Shown: positions 50,753-64,000 of the stretch, one piece after another | Position numbering within the stretch: the first letter of the stretch is position 1 | How the letters are laid out: every line of letters begins with the position of its first letter | Source: Lama guanicoe | Lineage: Eukaryota | Assembly (NCBI GenBank): GCA_013239625.1 | Contig: MU053561.1 | Location: forward strand, 436,826 to 500,825 | Length of the DNA: 64,000 nt | Reading direction: 5' to 3' | Notes under the pieces: generated by a model | Databases searched by the model: none | Told to the model about the DNA's origin: nothing | Seen by the model: only the letters and a program-made list of their open reading frames with translations | Translations under genes and position numbers: made by a program

Positions 50753-51981
50753 TACATTTGTGAAAAAGCTTTCCCAAAAAGGGAGGAACAGATTCAGCCA
50801 GAAAGTATCTTCAGCTGAGTTAGCCTCCACAAAATCTCACCCTTTGGTCAATGAAAAGATTTTAAATCTAACTCTGTTTCCTTACAAAAACCCATCATGT
50901 TCATGTTCCTCACTTCAATCTCCTCCCTCAGCCTCATCCCTTGTCAGAATTATTTACTTTCCATCCCTCCTCTGCACTCCTCCACCCATTCTCTTTATAA
51001 CCACAACTACCTTCTTCATCAAAATACCAAGCCACTGAACTCTATCTTTTAACACTTCAGAGACCCCCATAAAGTGAGAGACCAGTAGGATTATTCCCTC
51101 TCCCTCCCTTCAAACATGTCAGGACCTCTGTGGGTAATAGCCTGGAACCCCTTCACCTGCTGACTAATGTCTGCCCATGCTTCCGATCAGGGGCCCCCAC
51201 CTCTTCCAAGAACCTTCCCTGGTTTAGCTAAGACTCTTTTAGAAGTATTTAAAGCACATGGCCTCTCCTTCAATTTCATTACCATTCTAAATCTTTGTCA
51301 TCTTGGGCACGTGTCTCTTCCAAACCTCAGTTTCTTTATCTATAAAATGAGGGTCTTAGATTAAACTCAAATACTTACAGGGTCTAATTAGATATAAATA
51401 AGAGACATGGTCTGATGTAAAGCAATTAGACCTTGGAAACTGAAAGTCAAATCAATTTCTTTCAACCGTGTGTGAGCCAAACAAAGCAGATCCATTGATC
51501 TTTGCCCATGGGGGCCAGGTGGCCATTTATTGATCTTTGCCCTTGGGAGCCATTTGGCAACCCTGGAATGAATAATCCCTTCCACTGCAACATTCAGTTG
51601 TTCTATTTGTATCCAGATCATGTGATTCCCTGAGTCAAGGGTCAGTCTCTAAAGTCATTTGGAACTTTTACAAAAGTATCAGTGGACATGAAATACAAGA
51701 ACACGCACAGTGATAATGGATCAGATATGTGTCCTACCTGAGAATGGTCGTTCCAGGCTCTGTTGTGGTGAAGAAACAAATTGTGTAGACAGAAAAACAG
51801 GTCTTAAAAGTGGAAGCAAGTTTGTGACCAACATTAAAGCCCTGCCCTACAGCCTTAGGGCCCCATCAAGGTAACTGGAAAGAGATTTTCAAAGACAAAG
51901 CTGGGACAAATCTGTAAATGACAGCCTGGACTGTAGAAAATTACCTAGATGTCAAGCCTTTTTAAGGTTCTAGTACTATGT

Positions 51982-52450
51982 TGTAACCGAGCAGGACCCT
52001 AGGGGGCCTTCCAGGATCAGACCCCACCCCCATATCCCCTGCTGCAGCTTCTCTCTGAAGCACCCACATAATATCTCATGTATATTTCCTGAGTTTTTCA
52101 GATGCTTAAAACCACCACCAAAGGGAAGAAATGAACTACTTGACGATTAAGAATGCATTGCCCCAGACTTTCTGGCGCCTAGGGGTTGATGGTGTTGACC
52201 GTCCTGTTACTTCCACATCAGCCAATCAGAGGATTGTGCACGAGCTGATCACGTACCCTGCAACTCCTTCTCCCTTACCTGGCCTTTAAATATGCTTTGC
52301 TGAGCTTAGAGTTCGGGGTTTTCTTAGGCATGAGCCAACTCGTCCTCCTTGCTCGGCCCTGCAATAAACCTTTCTCTGCTCCAAACTTCAATGTTTCAGT
52401 TTGTTTGGCCTCTGTGGTGCCGCAGGCACATGAATTTGCCTTTGGTAACA
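51982..52450 (+). mobile_element. ERV1-like solo LTR
   Basis: TGTAACC...GGTAACA termini, with CCAAT, TTTAAA and AATAAA in LTR order; TSD not evident. Confidence 0.8.
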
Positions 52451-53597
52451 GTATCATAGTACATAGTAAATAATAAATACCTGATTGGTCACACTTAATT
52501 TAAAACTATTGTTGCTTTAAAAAAATTTCCTAAGGATGTCATTTAAACCGTGAAGTTTTCCTATGGGAATTTCTCAGAAAAGATGGGTGTGCAAACCCTG
52601 GGCTTTGCCTCCTCCTGAGAAAGGTTACCTTAGGTGACTTCCTATACACAACCCACCATTATTGGACACATGCCAAATGCCAAACATAGTGTTGCTTTCC
52701 ATACAGTTCATTTAATCCTCAAAACAAAAGCATACCATGCTGCAGAAACAGTCTCTGAGGTGACAAGCAATCTGCCGTTGATAATAAGTGGTAGAGCCAG
52801 AATTCAGACACAGGAGTGTTTGACTCCAAAGTCCATGCTTTCAAACACTATGCTGCAGATTAAACATAGTTACTCCCCCTTCCTCTGACGCAGCCCTAGG
52901 GACACAGTCAGGTCCGCAGAGGCTGATCAGCAAGCTGAGAAGCACAGCACTGAAGGTACAGCACTGTTTGCTCCTGGCAGCACTTTTGCTGGAGGAGAGC
53001 TGCACGTGTGGTCCAGACGGGAGTGACAGCAGAACTGGTCGGCATAGCTTCCCGAATGACAGTCACAAACAGGGATCGAGATGTCATAAGCGGGCATGTC
53101 TGGCTGAGTTCTTTTCAGCAAGCAGAAATCAGAGTGACACCTGAGGCAGAATATGGGACCCAAGTCGGGACAGCATCAGGGACAATGCCCATGAGAGACT
53201 GATGCTTGAACAGGACAGTGTAAAACACTGCTGGTCTTTCCTCTGAGTCATTTCAATTCTTCCTCGGCCATCCTCAGCTGCAAATTTTCCTTGAAGAGAA
53301 TGAGTAGTTTATGCTACTTCCTTGTCTGATCCACCCAAAAGATCAAAATAATTTTTGTAAAAAAAATGGGTGAACATCAGCCTTACAGAGAAAAAACTTC
53401 AGATGTAACATAAAATATTATTGACGTGAATATGCCAAGCAGATGGTAAGAATATACCAAGCGATATATTAGTATAGAACATAGTGATATCAAGTAAAAG
53501 ATTCAGCAAGTCTAGAGTAGGTCCTAAGCATATGCATATTAATAAACTCTGTAGGGAACTGATGTCAATCTCCAATAACTGAAATTACAGCTCATAA

Positions 53598-54025
53598 TGT
53601 TACAGAAATGACAAGCCAGCCAAGAAACAAGCACCACTCGGAGGGTTGGAGTACTCAGATTTATTATGCCGGTGGGCTCAGAGGGGCTTCTGCTCCTAAG
53701 CCCTGAGCACCTCCTAGACGTGCACATGAGATTTTATAGGGTTAAGTACAAGCTTGGGGTATTCGGCCAATAGGCATGCAGTAGCTTTAGCAACATCATT
53801 ATCACAAAAGTAGAGGCAGTGAGCAGCAAACCAACATTTCAAGGCCAGCTATGTCTCTTTGAAAATCCAGCTGGCTAGCAAAAACATGAACAGGGAATCA
53901 GCAAACCGACACTTATTAATTTAGATTTACGAGTTCGCCTAGCAGAACTCAGATCAGTAACCTGACACTTGTTACACTTAGATCTGTGACTTAGCTTGTT
54001 AGCCCAGCTGGGCTTTTCCTTCACA
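53598..54025 (-). mobile_element. ERV1-like solo LTR, 428 bp
   Basis: TG...CA termini with a perfect 4-bp TSD ATAA (53594-53597 and 54026-54029); antisense AATAAA (tttatt at 53660) and TATAAAA. Confidence 0.85.
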
Positions 54026-54929
54026 ATAACACTATGCCAGTGTCTGATCTCAGGCAAAGCAGCACCAGGACTGATAAATAGCAATTGATCGTGGACAGCG
54101 AGGGCACTGAAAAAATCTCTAGCCCACAGAGTACACGATTTCTGAAATACTTACACTAATAACATTTTACTCATACAAATGTAACCTGGGGAAGGCTAAG
54201 CACCTCTTCTGATTTGACAACCCTGCTTATGCAACTCATCTATAGTAATATATGAAAGAAATCTAATTATTTCTAGCAGCTGTCTTTTTATAAGGTGAAA
54301 GAGCAAATCCTTGTGATTTACCAGGGGCTCTCTGAGAAAGCGGGGAAAGTTGTTTAAGATGCAAAAGATATCTCAAAAAGTATCATTTTAAAAGTTTATT
54401 TTGAATTTAAAATTTGATTTGAGGAAGGCAGAGATTAAGTTATCAGGAGATTCAAACACCTGAAATAGGGAAAAGGTCATGGTCCCTGAGTTACAATATT
54501 TGGCTGGTCATTTCAAAATGACAATAAAACATTGCAAGAGAGTGACATGATTATAAACAGCCTTAGTTCTTTCTTAAGTGACAAAACTTAATTTTCTTAA
54601 ATTATAAGGGACATAATAAAGTCAACACAAACCATAGAAGGTTATTCTAGCAGACAGTAGACACACTGAAGAAAAGAGTGACCTTTTATATTTGTAGCTG
54701 AAGGAAATAGACAGTAGATCAGAAAATAAACAGATTGTAGTTAAATCCATCTTATAAGATTTTAAATATTTCATAATTTTCCAACTTGAGTAGTTTAAAC
54801 CAAAACAAATAGAAATTCATTTCGAATTTGTGTTTTTCATCCTGCTCTTTCCTATTCTGGAACAAGTAAAGCTGATATTTTACTTTAGGAGCATCTTCTC
54901 AAGAGAGAAGCATCTCATCACGTACAAAA

Positions 54930-55550
54930 ATCCTTAATAAGATTATCAGCAGTGTTTCATCAGAAACTTTAGAGTCCGGAAGGCAATAGGCAGACATATC
55001 CAAAATGCTAAAAGGATAAAATCTATTAGTTAAGGAGCCTGGATCCAGCAAAACGGTCCTTCAAAAGTAAGGAAGAAATTAAGACATTCTCAAATAAACA
55101 AAAGCTAAGAGGGTTTGTTACCACACGACCTGTCCTGAAAGAAATGCTAAGAGAAGTCCTGCAGGCTGAAATGAAAGGATACTGGACAGTAGCTTGAGGC
55201 CATTTGAAGAATTAAAGCTCTCAGTAAAAATAAACACATCAGCAATTATAAAAGTTATAAAAAAATTATACTACCATAACCTTTGCAATTTCACATTTTG
55301 ATTTCAACATTATTAAGCAACTAATGCACTAAAATGTATTAGTTTGTGTTTTGGGACACACAACATATAAAGATGTGATTTTGTGCCATCAACGTCTAAA
55401 AGGGTGGGGATGGAGCTGTTAAAGGAGCAGGATTTGTGTATGTTATTGAAGTTAAGCTAATACAAATTCAAATTAAAGTGTTAGAATGTCAAATGTAATT
55501 TCCATGGTAATCACAAAGGAAACAGCTAAAGAATATACACAAAAACAATG
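54930..55550 (+). mobile_element. L1 ORF1 C-terminal/inter-ORF fragment
   Basis: tcatcagaaactttagagtccggaaggcaat; gaaattaagacattctcaaataaacaaaagct. Confidence 0.75.
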
Positions 55551-56925
55551 AAGGTATTATCCTTTTATAAAAAAAATATTACTTTCAAATTTGAATAATG
55601 TATATATTTTTTAACAAGGAAAAATACTTGTAGATCCCCAGTTATAAGAAAATTATCTTCTTATATTTAATATATGCAAACATTAAAATAAGTATATATG
55701 CTTTATATTTAGCTTTTATAAAACCAAAAAAATGACCTATTAAATAGTAAGAAAACCATATAGCTAATCAACTTCAAATTCACATTGATTTGGTTTAACA
55801 GAGAATGTCAGTTTGCTGCAAGTCAAGTAGGCTTATAAAAGGAGCTGGTACGTTTTGCTGTGGTTCAGATTCTTTTGAAGTTCTGGAGTTACTTTATGGC
55901 TCAAATATCACGTTGCTTTTCTCCATCCAAACTACAACAAGGCCTTTGTTCTTTGAAAGCCCTGCAGCCACACTTGGCCTCTACTCCACACTGTGTCATA
56001 GGAAGTCAGCCTGTGCTCTCTCCCATTTACTCACAATGAAAGTAGTTCTACTTGGTACCAGCGAATTTTATCATAAATGCATATGCAGCATGACAATCTC
56101 AAGGCACTACTCAGAAAGTTATTAAACATATTATACAGAAAATTATCTTTTTTCCTCCATTTTATCAGCAAAATGAAAAGACACTTTTAGAAGTTTTTTC
56201 AGAGAGCCAGCAAACTCCCTAAACTATCCTTACAGAGTGTGAGGGGTGCATGGTTCCAGCTTGAGAAGCACTTCTCAGTGTTTAGTTTCATAAAGCAAGT
56301 CTTTATAGTCCCACCTCAACCCAGGAGTTCTCTTTCTTCATGTCAGAAGGCAAGAACAAAGCATTTACTTTGTTGTCAAGCACACTTGGATTCTAATCCC
56401 AGGTATGTCAATTAGAGCTGTGTGACCTTGAATAGCTCACTTAACCTCTGTAAAATGGGAGGAAATAAAAGACTTTTGTTTTTAGGATCATTGAGTAGAT
56501 GTAATGAAATTGTTCATCAAGGAAGGTATTAAATTGGGGGCACAGTGACATGTGTCTCTATACTCCTGTAGCAAATCTTCTCATTAAAGAAATAATGCAA
56601 TTGAATGGCTACTCTCCGTGTATTGTAACTGTATATTGCCTTGGACAGGCCTTGTCTTCTTCTTCTTCTTTTTTTTTCTTTTTAGTGTGACCAGGTGAGG
56701 TTTATTCCAAGTATTCGAGTCTCAGCACTTGAAAAATCATTCAACCATTCAACTTAATTCATGAAATTAACAAACCAGAAAAAAAGAAAGAAAAGAAAAG
56801 AAAAAATAGAATTCAACATTTAGTAATAATAAAAATTTTCTGTATCTAAGGAATTGAAGAAAGTTTCCTCAACTTGATAATGAACATCTACAGCTAACAT
56901 TATACTTAATGTTTACAGACTTATG

Positions 56926-57065
56926 CCCTTTAAAGAGTAATGCTTTTTTTTTCTGTAAGAATTTAACAGAAAGTTACTAATGTTTACAGAGTAAACATTA
57001 AAAGAGTAAACATTACCCTTTAAAGAGTAATGCTTTTTTTTTCTGTAAGAATTTAACAGAAAGTT
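56926..57065. repeat. 50-bp direct repeat with a 40-bp templated spacer
   Basis: 56926-56975 equals 57016-57065; the spacer contains the hairpin taatgtttac-aga-gtaaacatta. Confidence 0.9.
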
Positions 57066-58459
57066 TTGATGCTTGATCAAAGTTCCCGAGATTCATGGTA
57101 AGCAAAATTGCCACAGGGAAAGAGGCGGATCATTTGCATATGCAGTTCCAGAGCAGGGGCGGCATGCAGCACCTGGACCGGAAGTGCCTTTCCTGTGGCA
57201 GTGAACAGACACACCAACTGAACGTGCCTGACCCCTCTCTGATAATCAGAACACTAGAAAGACCAAGAGCAATAGAGGAAGACCAGCATTTGAGAGAGCA
57301 GTCTGCTCCTGGGGAGCACCCAGGTACAGGGGTGGCCTGGATGCTCAGAATCACTGCTGATTTGGGCAACGGCAGTGGACCGTGATGAGAGTGAGATTGA
57401 AAGGATCCTGCTTGAAGATTATTTTTAATGGGAGAACAAATCCAAAGTAGCTTGCAACGCTATTCACAGGAGAAGAGAGAGTAAATACAGCTTTATTAGA
57501 ATATTACTTTTTCTGATTTCCAGTGTGATGATAGAGCAGGGAAATGCCTTAAAAGTGATTTTATTTTTTCAAGATTCTGCCTGCGTCTCTAAATTTCTGA
57601 AAAGACTGATCCTCTTCTTGGGACACAAGTGGACACAATAGAGCCTGGGTTACAAGAGCATGCCTGCTGCCTATGCTGGGGCCACCCACAGAGATGAGGG
57701 CTGACACATGGAGCCGTCAGTGGAACGCTCCATTCGGCCAGATTGAAACGCGAGATGCTGGAGGAATCTTCCCCATCACGCCCACTTGGACCCCATATTC
57801 AGGGAAGAAATATTTAAATGTTGATGAGAGGCAGTACTGGCATGCTAGATAAAGCAGATGTCAGAAAGCAAGAACAAGAGGAGGTTAAGTTGGTTCAACT
57901 CCGTAGCTGGAGGAAAGTTCTTGGAAGCCTGAAAAACAGGATTTGAAAATATAGAGAGCTGAGGATAATGATAAATTTTTTGTAACTTCTCAGAGAACAG
58001 AGGAGAGAGCTTCAGCCTTATAGCGCGTCAGAGGATTGCCCTAATTCATTAGTTATGTTGCTGCATACACAGGAAGAAGAAAAGAACTTCACATATCTCG
58101 TTACAACCCAACAGGCTTTTGAAATTAGCCACGGAACAGAGTCCTGCGATTCTGGACCTGGTCCTGATCTTGGAAAGACTAGGCTCTACTGGATTAAGTT
58201 CTCCAGAAGGAATTTAAAGAGAAGCATTAGTGAAGAAGCCTGTATTCACCAGAGAACTGGTGGGCCATCCAAATAGTCACCTACTGTGAAAACAACTCAG
58301 GAGGAACAAGAAAAGCTGACAGTATTGGCTGTTCTCACATAACAAATCAAAGAACAAAGTTGGACCTGGAAGCCTTTGAAGTCAGATCCCTGGCAGCAAG
58401 TCCTAAGGAATGGGAGAGAGCGGTCCCAGCCTCAGGTCAGAAATTTCCACAGAGAATGC

Positions 58460-58820
58460 AGCAGTTTTCCATTGTTTCACAGTTTACCACAAACTTAGTG
58501 TCTTAAAACAATACTCATATGTTATCTCAGAATTTCCATGGGTCAAGGGTCTCTGCATAGTTTAGCTGGGTCTTCTTGCTTGTCCAGAGGCAAGACCCAG
58601 ATAGCAGTGGACACCCCCAGTTCTCTGCCATGTGACCCCCACAGACAGCTCAAACATGGTGGTCTGCTTCTTCAAAACCAACTGGTGTAATATAAGCACA
58701 GAAGTGACTATTCCACCACTATTCACCCTGTTCGGTTGGCTAGAAGCAAGTTGCAGTTTCCATCTACACTTAAGGGGAAGGGATTACACAAGGGGTGTGA
58801 CTCATCAAAGGTCACCTTAG
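58460..58820 (-). mobile_element. MLT1 (MaLR) LTR
   Basis: taccacaaacttagtgtcttaaaacaa; ggggaagggattacacaaggggtgtga. Confidence 0.7.
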
Positions 58821-59799
58821 CATGTACTGCTGTACACTAATACGGTTTATTGTGTGTTTGTTGGCATACATGTGCAGTGGGTATGTGTGTATGTTTATGG
58901 GAAAGGTCTGGGTCCGCCCAGATTCAGACACTGAGACAAGGGTTCACATGGAATTGGGAGGTGATCCTAGGAAACCTGCAGGGGAATGAGGAACTGAGAT
59001 AGGGAAAGGAGGCAGCTAATAAAGGGTGTGTGAATGAAACAAACTGTGGGCCACTTGAGCTTTAATCCCTCTAAGGAACTCTGGAAGCCCACCTGGTATG
59101 CAGGCCTCAGAGTTATCACATGGAGGAATAATATACACAGAAAGAAGGAAAGACCTTTACATATAGGCCAGGGAGTTGAGGTATTTATACACCAATAGCA
59201 GGCACTGAAAATGGTGAGGACTGAGAGGGTACAGGCAGAGCTAGACACCAACATAACAATCCCAAAGTCACAAGTGTGATCACTAGACTCCCATACTCCC
59301 ATACTACTTAGCATCTAATTACCCTAAGAAAAGAAAAAAAAAACAGAGAGGAGAAGAAGATAAAGAAATATGTTTGAACTGTTAAGTTAGTAGAATACAC
59401 AGTCTCTTCTCCTAATCTATCCTTTGGGGAGAGAGTTTGTGAATCCAAAATTGTAAATATTTGCGAGTGCTTTTCTTAGGTGAAAAAAAAAATGGAACAA
59501 GAACATTTTATTTGCGATTCACAAGAACTTCTGGAAGAGCTATTGAAGGCCAGAAGGCCAAGTAGGATTGTTCTCTGAAAGAGCAGCATATAGAACAACA
59601 ACAACAATAACAATGACGACAAAAACTGTACCTTCCAGAGAGCTACGCAAAACAGGGTAGGACGCTTATTTGGAGCAGAAGCGGAAAATATTCATGAGCA
59701 GGAGGGATACAGCAAGGCTAAGAGCTGAGAGAGGACCCCTTGTTGGCCAGGCAGCCAAGCAGAGCCTTTGGGAAGAGCAGGAATGTCTAACAAGATTTC

Positions 59800-60225
59800 T
59801 TTAACTTTTTTGAGGTATATAATATACACAAAAAAGTCTGCATATCAAAAATGCACACCTCAATGAGTTTTCGCAAACAGGACACACCCATGGAACCAAC
59901 ACCCAGATCGAGAAACAAAGCATGGCCAATACCCTAGAAGCCGCCCTTGCATTCCCTTCCAGTCATGACCCCTCCCCCCAGGGTAACCACCAGCCTGACT
60001 GTGAACAACATGTTGAGCCTTGCCTGCTTGGTGCTTTAAATGGGATCATGCAGTCTGTGGCCATTTTTGTCCGGCTCCTTTCTCTCGGCATTGTGTATGT
60101 GAGGTCATTCATGCTGTTGCATAATTGTAGACCACTCATCCTCATGCTATGTAGGAGCCCATTCTGCAAATATACCACATTTTATGTATCCATTCTACTT
60201 ATGAAGGGCACTAGGGTAGTTTTTT
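59800..60225 (-). mobile_element. Old L1M 3' end, antisense
   Basis: ttttttgaggtatataatatacac; aaatataccacattttatgtatccattctact. Confidence 0.7.
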
Positions 60226-61204
60226 AAAAGTTCATTTTTTCTTGTAGTGTACCATACAACCTTCTTTGTCTCAACACAAAATCTTTAATCAATGAACTCT
60301 GATATGAGGGGAGTCTCTGAAATGAATGCAAAGAACTGTGTCAGGGATGTGTGTAGGGTGGAACAGAAGCCACTTTCAAATCAGCCACATTAGGTGGTTT
60401 GGTTTCGTTTTGTTTTGTTTTTTGGATATCTTAAGTTACTCATTTAGAATTCATTCAACAAACGTTCATTCAAGTCACCTAGTCAGGCTGACTGGGACCA
60501 GGTAGATCTAGAGAGAGGTCTCTAATGGAAATCTGTTGTATTTTTTTCTTCTTTCTTCCCTTCATGAGACATTTCATGTAGTTTGGATCTGCTGACTATA
60601 AAATTGCACTTATCAAGGGAGTGAACATGTGACCCAGTATAAACCATTTAAAGCTTCTTTCTCTGGAATTTGAATCTTGAGAATTGACATTTGTTTGGAA
60701 TCGAGTTGCCTAATGTACACCCTAACAGAAGGGTTGTGAATTCATGCTACTGCGATTTCCAAAGGGAATCACTCCTCCTTTTCTCAAGAGCATAAACAGC
60801 CCTTCTTTCTAGTCTTCTTAGGGTTCTTCTTGTTTGCCACCAAAGAACCTAAACTGTCAAAGCTCCTCTAACCAAACATCTCTCCCCTGTATGCCTGAAT
60901 TTTTTTTTAATTTTCATGTTATTGATTTTTTGAGGGACATACAGTGAAAACAGACACAATACTACAGCTGTTGTATGAAAGTATTGCAGAGGGAGTCTCT
61001 GTTAAGCTAAAATTAATTACTGGAACATGAGTTGTCATAGATTTATCAGCTCTCATTTAACTCCATGAAGGAATCGAATCTAGAATGGATGGTTTTGGAT
61101 TAGAATGACGCACGTGACACCCCTCCAGGTCAAAATCTCTGGGCACCTGGGACAAAGGTGTATGCAGTTGTTGGCTGAGTGAAAGGAAGGAAGGTGCTGG
61201 ACGC

Positions 61205-61546
61205 AACTACTGATGGTCCTCCATACCCACAGATGGCACATTCATGAATTCTACCAAACCTGGACCAAAAACATTCAGGAAGAAAATTCCAGAAAGTTCC
61301 AAAAAGCAAAATTTTAATTTCCCACATTCTGGTAAATGTATACATAGCATTTACAGCTATTTACATAGCACTTACATTTTATTGGGCATTATAAATAATC
61401 TACAGATGATTTAAAGTATATGAGAGGATTGCACAAGTTATATATAAATACTATGCTGCTTTATATAAGGGACTTGAGCATTTGCAGATTTTGGTATCTG
61501 TAGGGGTTCCTGGAATCAATCTGGTAAGGAGATTGAGGGACCACTG
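61205..61546. mobile_element. MER2-like Tigger MITE
   Basis: ccagaaagttccaaaaagcaaaa; gatgatttaaagtatatgagagg; aagggacttgagcatttgcagattttggtatc. Confidence 0.8.
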
Positions 61547-63157
61547 CATCATCAACATCACTAGTTAGGCCAGTTTAACTTACTGTAGGCAGTCTGAAGC
61601 ATGGCCTCCTATCCAGAACAAATGGCCCAGAAAGAATGTTTTCTGATTTTGTTTTTGTTTTATATCCCCCCGTGATTCTCTTGTGCAGTGGGTTTGGGAA
61701 CCATGGAGGTAATCAACTTCTTATAAAAAACTTTGCGTTAGATTTTCCCCCAATATTTTTTTGTTGTTTATTTTCACGTGACATTAGTTTTCCTGAACTT
61801 TTAGAAGGCAGAGTGGCGCGAGGTAGGTTTTCTAACTTTACAGAACTCTGCCCTCTTTTGTTTTTGTGCAGTGTTCAGAAACACAGCAGCTTGCGCTCTG
61901 AGATTTCCTGCCTCTGTTCCACCCCCCAGTGTTTACCTCGACCTCCTGTTTCCTTCCTTGCTGTTGTCCTCGTCCTGCTCAGTTTTGACTCCACTCCCAG
62001 CAGTTTCTATTCAGCCTCCCTCTAGTCCTGGAAAAGAGCCCTGATTCTTCCCAGAGTTCACATCTGACTCTCACTTTGCAAGAATCAGTTGTGCACATTT
62101 CTCCCCAACTTTGTATTCATGTTGGTAGCTTGCCGTCAGCCCTGACAGGAATGTTTACAGCATGGAAATCAGCAAACACCACAGACTGGACTGTTAAACA
62201 GGTGCCAACACACCGCTGGCTATGCTGCTCCAGCTCCCGAAACCCTCCTGGGGAGCTGGGAATTGGAGTTTGCCTCACTGGCTCTGGGGTGGGCAAAACG
62301 ACTTCCATTCTGAGCCAGTGCTCCCGAATTGGTCTACCTGCCCTCCAGCGGTTTCTCCTTGGCTGCTGAAGGGTTCTCTCAATCTCAGATTCCTCAGATA
62401 CAGCATTGCTACCCACCGCTCTCTCCCTCACAGAGGCCACCGAAGGTTTTAGGACTGGTGGTTTAACCGCATCCATTTGTATCTTGGGGGTCACAGGGAT
62501 ACACTGTCACTTAATTTTATTGCAAATGTTCGTGAGCTTTTGGTTTTCCTCGACCTGTTTCTATGTGGGGATTCAGAGCTTCAAAGAGAATGCCACCACG
62601 ATCTTCCCAGTGTCTACAAGCTGGATGACTTGCAAGATTTAAATTCTAGTTTTAAAATTGTCTGGGTTCAAATCACTGAAAATCCTTTTGTGAAATAGTA
62701 AATTGGATCTAGACTAGTCACTGGCCTCCCATGAGACCCCCAAAGTCCTCCTGGGGGCAGGGCTGGAGGGCTGTTGATCAGTCTCAGAAAGAGTTGTTAT
62801 AGAAGATCCTTCCTCTGGCCACTGGGCTCTGGGGCCCAGAGCTTCCCCTTTGAGCCTGATGGCGTTTGGCCTACTTCACACAGACTCTGTCTGAAGTTCC
62901 CCTGGCCCCCTGGTCACTATTCACCTCAGCAGTTGCCAAAGTGAGCAGATAAAACAAAACTAAGTTTTCATCTCCTCATGGGCAGCTACTTTTCTGGAAC
63001 TGCCGCCTCCAGAAAAGACGATCCCGGCCAAGAAATATCTTCTTGGATTTGACTTCAGTTCCTCACTTTGCAAATAATATAATTTTCCACAGGACTAGAC
63101 TGGACAGAGGAGTGAAAATATCTTCAATATTAACTTTTAAATAATAATGTTACTTAC

Positions 63158-63504
63158 TCCGTTAGAGTTGTTCAGAAAAAGAGAACCAAATATACATATA
63201 TTTATATATGTGTGTATATATATATATACACATACACACATATAAATATAAATACGAAAATATACAAATATATATATGTACCTCTTATTTGGGGAAGGGT
63301 CAGCCCTTTTGTTCTATGCAAGCCTTCAACTGATTGAATAAGCCCCATCCACACTAAGGCGAGCAATCTGCTTTACTCAGGCTATTGATGTACCTGTTAA
63401 ACTCATTCAAAAATATCCTCACAGAAGTACCTGGAATAACATTTGGCTAAATATCTGGGCATCCTGTGGGCCAGTCAAGTTGTCATATGAAATTAACTGT
63501 CACA
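63158..63504 (-). mobile_element. MLT2 (ERVL) LTR with an internal (TA/CA)n microsatellite
   Basis: gccttcaactgattga; gcaatctgctttactca; ccagtcaagttgtcatatgaaattaactgtcaca. Confidence 0.8.
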
Positions 63505-63798
63505 ATTACTAACATTCATTGATATGTTCCAAGTGTCAATTTCTTACAAATTATCTCATTTAATCCTCACAACAAGCCTTAAAATTCTCAGAATTTATTA
63601 TTCCAATTTTACAGGTGATGAGATTAAAGGCTGGGATGTTGAATATATTGACTAAGGCCTCATAGAGGAGTAAATCGCACAAGAGGATCCAAATCCAAGA
63701 TTTTGTACCCTCCTTTCCATTTTCCTTTCTCCCTTCTTTTCTCTGTTCTCTTTATTCCGTCCATCACAAAATATTGCTGCAAAAATTTAGCAGATCTT

Positions 63799-63925
63799 GG
63801 GGAGGGTATAGCTCAGTGGTAGAGTGTGTACTTAGCATGTACAAAGGCCTGGGTTCAACCCCCAGTATCTCTGTTAAAAAAATAAGTAAATAAATAAACC
63901 TAATTACCTCCCTCCACTCCCCCCC
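63799..63925 (+). mobile_element. tRNA-derived SINE (camelid Vic-1-like)
   Basis: A and B boxes, tail aaataaataaacctaattacctccc, TSD tttagcagatctt (63786-63798 and 63931-63943). Confidence 0.9.
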
Positions 63926-64000
63926 AAAACTTTAGCAGATCTTAACTTCGCATTAGGAAATAGCCCTTTGTATATTGATTTCTACATATAGCAGCATTAG

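Noticed and set aside
45310..64000. HMGCS2 exons expected downstream by synteny
   Set aside because: No HMG-CoA synthase sequence recognised; the gene probably starts beyond the window

Overview
Mammalian genomic DNA, most likely camelid (inferred from two tRNA-derived SINEs resembling Vic-1), covering the ADAM30-REG4 interval. Two genes lie on the + strand. The first is intronless ADAM30 (1700-3853, 717 aa), with an intact HELGHSVGMNHD zinc site but almost no cytoplasmic tail. The second is the C-type lectin REG4 (exon 1 at ~21070, poly(A) signal 45301, 157 aa when spliced canonically). The rest is intron or intergenic DNA rich in L1, Tigger1/MER DNA transposons, solo LTRs, MIR and SINEs; apart from frames overlapping these two genes, the short ORFs in the track are noise or transposon remnants. 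The main anomaly is ~7.3 kb of redundant sequence inside REG4 (32.9-42.6 kb). It gives identical second copies of exons 4 and 5 (order E3-E4-E5-E4-E5-E6) plus nested intronic duplications. The copies sort into two sequence types, so an uncollapsed-haplotype or gap-fill assembly artefact is at least as likely as a real rearrangement. Smaller observations: a decayed ADAM30 tail remnant after the stop, a uORF overlapping the ADAM30 start, a twin-primed L1, a possible mRNA retrocopy fragment, an LTR next to the REG4 promoter and a templated-insertion scar at 56.9 kb. I found no convincing new biological system. Repeat family names and human comparisons come from recall and need database confirmation.
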